A DNA stretch of 58,903 nt, taken from the IMG/VR virus record IMGVR_UViG_3300025066_000029, positions 1 to 58,903 of that record. One strand, given 5' to 3'. Position 1 is the first letter of the stretch. Every line of letters starts with the position of its first letter. The notes below the pieces were generated by a model that was not told where the DNA came from, did not search any database, and was given only the letters and a program-made list of their open reading frames with translations. The DNA comes from a virus. Taxonomy: Duplodnaviria; Caudoviricetes. The position numbers and the translations under genes are program-made. Below, piece by piece: positions 9,613 through 17,300 of this stretch.

Positions 9613-10377
9613 TTAAAAATCTAATTGTGTACGAATTTGTTTTAATTGTGTTCCTTGTACATCAGTAAGATCACTTCTGATCTCTTGTGCTGCCAAGGAT
9701 ATTATTTCATGATGAAAGGCTTCATCTATATCACAGTCTACTGTGTTATTTCCAAATTGAGTTCCTGAACTTGTGAGTTGTCCATCGGGGTATGTGATGT
9801 GTGTGTAACCATCACTGTATACTACTGCGGGTTTCTTGATATAATCTACCCAAACCTTTTCAACGCTAAATTGTGAGTTAGTTTCAAAATACAGTGAGTC
9901 CGCAGTAGCTGTTTGTGAGCTTCTGCCAAACCTTACTGGCACTCTTGACCACTTGAGAGAGGGTTTTGTATAACTATTGAAGTTATCATCAGTCTGAATA
10001 GGCTTCAGATTATCAGTAGTCTTAGTGCAGCTTCCACTTTTAATCTCTGCTCTTACCCTTGTAAGAAAGAGATACTCATGTAAAAGGTTAGTAGTTGTAG
10101 TGAGTTCTACTTCATATATTCCAGTAGCTGGTGAAGTAGGTACTATCACAGTCTGGAGTTCAGGACTCTTTATGTGTAATTTTGAGAGATTGGAAACACG
10201 CTCTTGATCAGTTTCAAATCCACGTTCTTTGTGGACTCCGTATCTTGACTTTAACCATATTTGAATTGCACGTTGAATGTATGAATCTTTCTGTGCAGGT
10301 AAGATATCAGGTCTGTCTTCAGATGATATCTTGTTAATTTCCTGCTCTAATTCATAGTGCATTTCTTTTATGGTCAT
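9613..10377 (-). CDS. crAss-like head-tail adaptor/ring protein
   Basis: MTIKEMHYEL...KDSYIQRA...GFETDQ start and YIKKP...CDIDEAFHHEIISLA end, the ring-protein pattern. Confidence 0.65.
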   Translation of the reverse strand: MTIKEMHYELEQEINKISSEDRPDILPAQKDSYIQRAIQIWLKSRYGVHKERGFETDQERVSNLSKLHIKSPELQTVIVPTSPATGIYEVELTTTTNLLHEYLFLTRVRAEIKSGSCTKTTDNLKPIQTDDNFNSYTKPSLKWSRVPVRFGRSSQTATADSLYFETNSQFSVEKVWVDYIKKPAVVYSDGYTHITYPDGQLTSSGTQFGNNTVDCDIDEAFHHEIISLAAQEIRSDLTDVQGTQLKQIRTQLDF

Positions 10378-11474
10378 AATCTAAGCTTTGCCTTTAACTG
10401 GTCTTCCAGATCTTTTTGCTCTGGTTGGTATTTTGGATTTGAAAGGAAATCAAGGATTTCATCAAATCTATTCCAAGTGACTACATCTGGTGTGGAGCCA
10501 TCTTCTCTCATAGGAGGAACCCATGTAAACTCTGCACCTCTGTTATAGATTATACTATACTGCAAGTAGTCATGTAATTGTGCTCTTGCTTCAAAAGTAG
10601 GTCTTGTTTCTGTCTTGCTATATGTATTATATGCATGATTGAACTCACTAATTTGCTGTTTACCTTTTCGTATAAAGCTATCTAAGAGGTTATATGCGGC
10701 TGTGCGTGCTATTGTCTTAACATTCTGGAAATGTGGATCATTGATTGCTTTCACAAATTTGATAATAGTATCATCACCAAGATCATTAATCTTCTCCAGA
10801 CGTGAAATAGCCTGATTCATTGCTTGTTTTTTCTGCTGTTTAACTTCAGCTTCTTCTTCTTCCCTTGTAATATACCACTTTGCTTTTGGTGTTACTGCAA
10901 TTTCCTGATAGGAATTAGCAATGTCATCTCTTGCAATAGCAATGTAGTAGAGGATTTCATGCTGTGGATTCTGCATATTCAGAACTGTAGCTCCATCATT
11001 CATTTCCATTTGAGCTTCTGCTCTCTGGAAATATGGAACACTGTCAACAGCATCACCTTTAAGAACTCTCCTATATCCCATAGGATCTGTCTGATTGGTG
11101 TAATAACCATAAAGACGGTTATGTTTGTATTCAAGAACATGTTGTCTAAGAACTTGTTCCTTTCCACTGAATACTTCCCCCCATTGTCTATCTCTCCATT
11201 TAGGTTGTTTCTTATCCTTTGTATAAGTAGGGTCTCCTTCAAGATATGGATTATCAATAAGTATGTCTAATCCAGTGTTTAGAGCACCACCACGAGAAGT
11301 AGATGGGTTAGCACATAAGGTTACGCGAGTGCCGGGGGCGCGTGTAAGGTTTCTTTCTTGTACACTTGATTCATAAAACTGTCCATCATTTCCTTTCTGA
11401 CGATCAGTGATTCTGTCATACCTAGTAACTGGTTGTCTACCGGGCACAGGCATAATAATTGCTTTAGCAGTCAT
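10374..11474 (-). CDS. conserved crAss-like virion protein following the major capsid gene
   Basis: 366 aa; LNTGLD and LNMQNPQHEILY segments; synteny. Confidence 0.55.
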   Translation of the reverse strand: MTAKAIIMPVPGRQPVTRYDRITDRQKGNDGQFYESSVQERNLTRAPGTRVTLCANPSTSRGGALNTGLDILIDNPYLEGDPTYTKDKKQPKWRDRQWGEVFSGKEQVLRQHVLEYKHNRLYGYYTNQTDPMGYRRVLKGDAVDSVPYFQRAEAQMEMNDGATVLNMQNPQHEILYYIAIARDDIANSYQEIAVTPKAKWYITREEEEAEVKQQKKQAMNQAISRLEKINDLGDDTIIKFVKAINDPHFQNVKTIARTAAYNLLDSFIRKGKQQISEFNHAYNTYSKTETRPTFEARAQLHDYLQYSIIYNRGAEFTWVPPMREDGSTPDVVTWNRFDEILDFLSNPKYQPEQKDLEDQLKAKLRL

Positions 11475-11490
11475 TCTTTTGTTTTTTTGT

Positions 11491-11530
11491 AAAAACTCCC
11501 TCCAGCTTGTTCTTAAGAAGCCAGAGGGAG
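11491..11530 (-). terminator. intrinsic terminator downstream of the major capsid gene
   Basis: CTCCCTC...GAGGGAG stem followed by a U-run on the minus strand. Confidence 0.65.
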
Positions 11531-11543
11531 GTTGTTGTTTATC

Positions 11544-13064
11544 TTAATTATCGTATTGCAAGATTACAGCACCACAACGGGTAATGTCTCTTACCATAAG
11601 ACCAAAGGATTTCTCAACTTTGATACCATATCCACCAACACCACCAGCTAATCCCGGTGAACCATCGTTGATAGGCATTCCTGATTTAGGATCCCATTTA
11701 CCAGTACTACAGAAGTAGTAATCAGCAAATTCTTCACAGACCATAGAAATATTATCCATGCCTGCTTTAGATTGATCACCAGTGTATCCAAAGTCAATGA
11801 TATCCATTCTGTAGCTATCAATTGTCTTATCTGGATAGAGAGGATGTGTCTTCCTTGCCATATCAGGATTGTCTTTTGAAGGATCAATCATAACTGAGAT
11901 GTCTAAACCATTCTTACCCACGTAGTGAGTAAACTGTAAGCCATAGGACATATGACGGAAGTCTTTACCACGGATATAATGACTATCAGTAGTGAAGAAT
12001 TGTGAAGCATCAGATGCTACCATGTTGTGGAACATGATTGCTCCTTGTTCACCAGTGGAGAGAACCAAACGCCTGTTAGCAGGTGTTGCATCTTTCCTTC
12101 CAGTGAAGATACTTGAAATCCAATCATCTAAACGAGCGAGTGTCAAGTTTCCATTGTGATAGAGGACGTTACCATCTTCTTGTTGCTCACGAAATCCGGG
12201 ACCTGTACGCTTAAGGTAACCTTGTGGTCCTACCCTTGTACTCTTACGTCCATATTGCAGACCCCACTCACAATCTTCATAGATACCATTCCATACTTCA
12301 GCTTCAGCCATAGGCATAAAGTTGTAGTAGGTTTTACCCTTGTTATCCAAGAATGGTACTCGCCAATGTGCAAGTTTCTGTACTTTGTTACCAGAATTTT
12401 TGTCTACACGCAATGCTTTATCACTGAAATTTACTTCTTCAGCAACGTTTCCAGTTTGTGAACGTAGTTCAAACACACTGTTAAACTGCATGGTTCCATA
12501 GTCCTGATTCATTTCATCAGCTATAGAAGTTCCATTTTTATGGAATTCCTGTCCAACTTGGATAAGAGCATCTGGGAATGTCAAGTTATTGTTGTCTGTC
12601 TGCAGACGAAGAGTATATTTCCAACCAATAGTAGAGTATGGAGAAGGTTCTCCTACTACTTCAACTGGATAATCCTCATCCTGTCCAACAAGTACATCTG
12701 GATACTTATACCAAGGAAGATCTAAGACTACATCAAAGGTTCTTTTACCAAGTCCATGTGTGGTTCCTGTCTCAACAACAGCAACTACCCTTGCTTTTTG
12801 TTTTTGATGTCCTCGTAGTTTCCATGAATACTGGTTACTAGACAAGTAAATCTTTTTACCTTTAGCTTCTGTCATAGCAATCCAAGGCTTATCCTGATAT
12901 TTATCAGTAGCCGAGAACAACTCTGCCATATTAGTAGCATTAGCTGAAAGGTCGTGGGTCTTATCCACACCATAAGTGCGTACTAGGTGGGTGCTATTAA
13001 AAGTATTGCCACCAAGACCATCTGTGATAGTTGTGAGCTTAAGCCCACCCGTATTTACAATCAT
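11544..13064 (-). CDS. major capsid protein (crAss-like, HK97 fold)
   Basis: 506 aa; YSWKL, YTLRL, TGPGFREQ, LSTGEQGAIMF segments; follows scaffold-like gene and precedes a terminator. Confidence 0.8.
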   Translation of the reverse strand: MIVNTGGLKLTTITDGLGGNTFNSTHLVRTYGVDKTHDLSANATNMAELFSATDKYQDKPWIAMTEAKGKKIYLSSNQYSWKLRGHQKQKARVVAVVETGTTHGLGKRTFDVVLDLPWYKYPDVLVGQDEDYPVEVVGEPSPYSTIGWKYTLRLQTDNNNLTFPDALIQVGQEFHKNGTSIADEMNQDYGTMQFNSVFELRSQTGNVAEEVNFSDKALRVDKNSGNKVQKLAHWRVPFLDNKGKTYYNFMPMAEAEVWNGIYEDCEWGLQYGRKSTRVGPQGYLKRTGPGFREQQEDGNVLYHNGNLTLARLDDWISSIFTGRKDATPANRRLVLSTGEQGAIMFHNMVASDASQFFTTDSHYIRGKDFRHMSYGLQFTHYVGKNGLDISVMIDPSKDNPDMARKTHPLYPDKTIDSYRMDIIDFGYTGDQSKAGMDNISMVCEEFADYYFCSTGKWDPKSGMPINDGSPGLAGGVGGYGIKVEKSFGLMVRDITRCGAVILQYDN

Positions 13065-13080
13065 AGGTTGTTATGAATTT

Positions 13081-14250
13081 TTATAATTTTGATATTCGTG
13101 AATCAACTGGATTCCTTGGGGGAGTATATGCATTACCTTGCTGTCCTACTCTACCACCACCAGCTGTTCGCTTTTTCAGTTTGTTAAATACTGTTTCATT
13201 CTGTTCATCCTTTTCAACCCTTTTCTTATTTTCTGGTAATGTAAACCCTGTTTTAGGATCATAACCAGCGAGTAGGTCTAGGAATTGAATGAAATGCTCA
13301 GGATTGCTTTGAATAGCCTGAGTCTTATATTGGTACTCTGGCATTGTAGCACCATTCTGCAACTGCACATGTTGGAAACTATTTAGTATTTCCTGTTGTT
13401 TAGTTGCTGCATAATTAGTATCTTTCAGACTCTTCATGAAGTTTTGCTTATAATTAGCCTGATAGTCTTGTTCTGCTTTGCGTTGTACTTTAGCCTGCTT
13501 TTCCATTTCACCTATATACTCCGCATTCTGTGCTTTGACATTTTGAGCATATTCCTTTGCAACATCTTCAAGCCCTCTATTATCCTTATCATCTTCAACA
13601 AGTTGTTGAACTTTATGATCAGGAAGATTGGTAGTATTCTTGTAATACTGTGTTACAAAGTTTTCAGCCACTCTATCATCTGAGAAATCCATACTATCAA
13701 GATTAGCAGTGGCTGAATGAGTAGAGATATAATTCTGGAGATCTCCATACTTCCCATCTTCAAGGCCAAACTTGATAATGGATTGTAGGACAGGATCATT
13801 GATTGAGTTTAGAAATTCAGTCTGTACTTGTTCTGTTTGTCTGCCTTTGTGATAGTCAATCAGCTCATTAAGCTTCTCTTCACTACCATCAAATTCAAAC
13901 TCTTCTGGAGCCTGTATGAGACCTAATTCAATCATGCCTGCTACATAATCAGTCATCTGCTCTTCAGCAACAGGTTCTTGATAAGTAGGTTCTTCGTCCT
14001 CATCTTCCTCCGTTACATATGCAGGTTCTTCTGACTCCTCATTTTCAAGAGCTTCTAAAGGCTTATACTTGTTGTCACCATCAAGGGTTATTGAAGTAGC
14101 GTCTTCATCATCCTTAACTGGTTCTTCTACAGTTACCTTCGGCTCCTCAATAGTTTCCTTATCATCTTTCTCTTTAGTTTTTTCTTGTATAAGATCCTCA
14201 AGAGGTGTGAAAGTCTGGAAACTGTCGTCTAAGTTAATTGTTTGTTCCAT
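13081..14250 (-). CDS. acidic scaffold-like capsid assembly protein
   Basis: Highly acidic N-terminus and helical C-terminus; directly upstream of the capsid gene. Confidence 0.6.
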   Translation of the reverse strand: MEQTINLDDSFQTFTPLEDLIQEKTKEKDDKETIEEPKVTVEEPVKDDEDATSITLDGDNKYKPLEALENEESEEPAYVTEEDEDEEPTYQEPVAEEQMTDYVAGMIELGLIQAPEEFEFDGSEEKLNELIDYHKGRQTEQVQTEFLNSINDPVLQSIIKFGLEDGKYGDLQNYISTHSATANLDSMDFSDDRVAENFVTQYYKNTTNLPDHKVQQLVEDDKDNRGLEDVAKEYAQNVKAQNAEYIGEMEKQAKVQRKAEQDYQANYKQNFMKSLKDTNYAATKQQEILNSFQHVQLQNGATMPEYQYKTQAIQSNPEHFIQFLDLLAGYDPKTGFTLPENKKRVEKDEQNETVFNKLKKRTAGGGRVGQQGNAYTPPRNPVDSRISKL

Positions 14251-14261
14251 TGTTCAGTGTG

Positions 14262-14269
14262 CAAATTTA
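14262..14269 (-). promoter_or_regulatory. Bacteroidota-type -7 promoter element
   Basis: TAAATTTG (TAnnTTTG) 11 nt before the scaffold ATG. Confidence 0.55.
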
Positions 14270-14338
14270 GTTATTGTTTTTAGATTAAATCAGAGCTAAT
14301 TACATATGGTTTGTATCATATAGCCCTTTGTTAAAATT

Positions 14339-17300
14339 TTAGTATATTGAGTAGTCAAATTCTCTACCACTATGCTTTGATATCCGCTTTGTGGGACCCC
14401 CACTTTGTCTATTTGTTGGAGTAATAGTCGTTTGCGTTTTCATCATTGTTGTTGGACTCTTATCAATAGACCATCCACTTGCTTCTGGTTTCATTGACCA
14501 TATTGCAGGATCCTGTTGTTGACTACGTGCAGTTACCTCTGGATATTTTACAGGTTTAATAACAGCTCCTTTTGGTGTAAAGTCTTTGGGATCAAAATAA
14601 GGGGCTGTTGTAATGTCTCCACGCTTCTCTCCAATATTTATATTACCCCATGGTTGCATACCTGAAGGAATCATACCTTTTGGTATAACAGTACCTATAG
14701 CCTTGTTTACAGTTCCTGGCTCTCCTAATTCAGGATAAAATGTAGCATTACCAATTGGATTGGAGAAAGGAACCTTAGCGCGTGTTGTTGGAGAAAGCTT
14801 AAAATTATTATTTTGGTCAGGGTTTGCAAGTATAACTTGAGCATTAGGGTTTCTATTCCATGCCTCTTCCCTTTTCTTTATAGTGTCAGGGTCAAAACTT
14901 TGAACTGGTCCTGTTCTTTTATACCCAAGCTTACTTCTTCTCTCATCTAAGTAAGCCTGATGTTGTAATACATCAATACTATCTTGTCTTGTGGGCACAT
15001 ATTCATTTCTACCACCATCTTGGAATTGCTTATTCCCAGGTCTTTGGATATCATAATACTTGGTTTTTTCATCTGCAGCAACCATTGCAAGCTTGCTTTT
15101 CTCTTCTGGTGACATGTTTTCAAACAAATCAGGGTTATACATGATGTTATCATACCCATCTCCTTTAGCACGAGGATCCATAAACTTGATATGTGTTGCT
15201 CTTTTAGCAAGATCTTCCTGTGTACTTTTTGGTAGGTTGTGAACGTTGGGTAATTCAATAGCACGAGTTTGCATTTGATTTCCAATCCACTCTGCCTTCT
15301 TTCCTACCTGTATATCCTCATTTGGTTGATTACCAAAAGCAGGAGTTTGTACTCTTGAAGAAGATGCTCTAAATCTTGGATCTAGCATCCCATATCCAGT
15401 ACTACTACCATCTTGCATCATAGGTATACTACTGAATTTAGGGTTCAATGGAATTTCAGGTTTAGGTTCTGGTATTGGTGTAGAAATATTCTTGTTATAT
15501 TTTTCAAGATACTGAGAAGGTGTTTTATTAGCTTGTTTAGCATTAGGACCATAGATATTAGGAAGAGCTTCTGCTAAAGGTTTTTTATCTCTTAAATGAT
15601 AACCAAGATAATTTCTTGTACCCTGTCTTCCCAAAAGGTTAGCCATTGCTGCAATTTGATCTTTAGTAAAGTTAAATCCCGGAATTTGTGGTTTATACTC
15701 TGCATATAAATCATCTGCTGTTTTCTTTAATCCCGGTATTCCTTTAAGTTTACCATCATACTGCATTCTAAACATCTTGTTTTGCAAGTCTGTATCTCCT
15801 GCAAGATCATCTCTTGTTACCCCTTCCATTTCTGGATAATCTTTTATTTGATTATACAACATCTGATATTGTCCAGTAGCTGAAGACTGAGGATTCTTAA
15901 CATGTGGTCTACCATCTGTTTCTGTCATGTAGATTGCATTCTTAAACTTTTGGTAATCAATAGTATCATTCTTCATCCCTAAACCATTTTGTGCTTTTGG
16001 AATAGGGCCACCATCTTGTTTTAAGGGAATTTCTTCATAACCTTTTAACCCATTATCCTCATGTATATCTTCAAGTGCATCTAGCTGATTTAATCTTTTT
16101 TGCCAAGGAAAATATCTTGCCTTAGATTTCGTCAAATTAATACCCTTTGCAAGCATAGGATTTTTAAAATTTTTGATATACTTTATCTTTCCCAGTTTGC
16201 CAAGAAGAGGAATAGCCCCAAACATATCAATTCCTGCGTCTACAGTAGGGTATTTTTTTCCAGATGTTTTCCAAGAATTATATGCTCTTCTGGCATCATT
16301 CCAAGACATTATTCCGCTAGGATCAAAAAATTCAATCAAATTTTCAGCAAAACTATCCTTATCTGCTAGCATCCAGTCTTTATATATATTTTGAATACTT
16401 GGGGGTTGTGGACTTATAAAACCAGCCTTATAAAGTTCATGAAAAGATGGTTGCTGCCAAGAAGGTAAACTAGTAGTTTCAGTATATTCTTTTGCTGGAT
16501 TTGTTACAGGATATGATTTTGGAGAATCAGAAGAACTCCATTCATATCCATGACCGCGTCCATCTTGTATTGCTTCTACTGGAAAATATTCTGCTCTACC
16601 ACTGGATAGATTATTAGGGTCAACCGTCATAAACTTTCTCACCATTGTTTCATCAAAGACTTCTTGCTTAGTTGGTTCAATAGTTGAATTTTTTAATCCA
16701 TAGTTAGTTTGAGGATTATTTGACCATTGTAATGGATATCCATCTTGTGCAATAGGAACTTCAAGAACATTTTTAGAGTTAGGGAAAATATGTCTTTGTC
16801 CCGGATTCATGATCATTGGTGGGTCCCCATCAGGATATACTGCTAATGTTTTACCAGTATTTGTATTGTCAATGTTTCCACTTGAAATAATATTGTAAGG
16901 ATTATTAGCTGTTTGAGTTCCTCTTGTATAACCAGTTTTGTTTACAAATCCACCATCTTGAAATTGTGCACGAATACTTTCCCCTATACTTATTTTAGGA
17001 AGCTGTGCTTCATATTCTTTTTGTGTGTAAAATCCTTTGGTAGGAGTTTGTTTTGCAAGTACAAAGGGACCAGTCTTCATTCCATTGTATTCTCCTTGTC
17101 CAGCTTTTACCATCAACTCTCTTTGTGCTTTTTCAAAGTCTGTTTTAAGGTTTTGTCTTTTTGTATAATTACCCTTATACTCATCACCAAAATCCCATAT
17201 ATCCTGTGTGGTTGTTGTTAGATTCCCTTTTGGATCATAGTGGAGATAATTCATATAGCCGCCAATATCATCTGCACTTTTTGAAGCAGTTGTATTTGTA

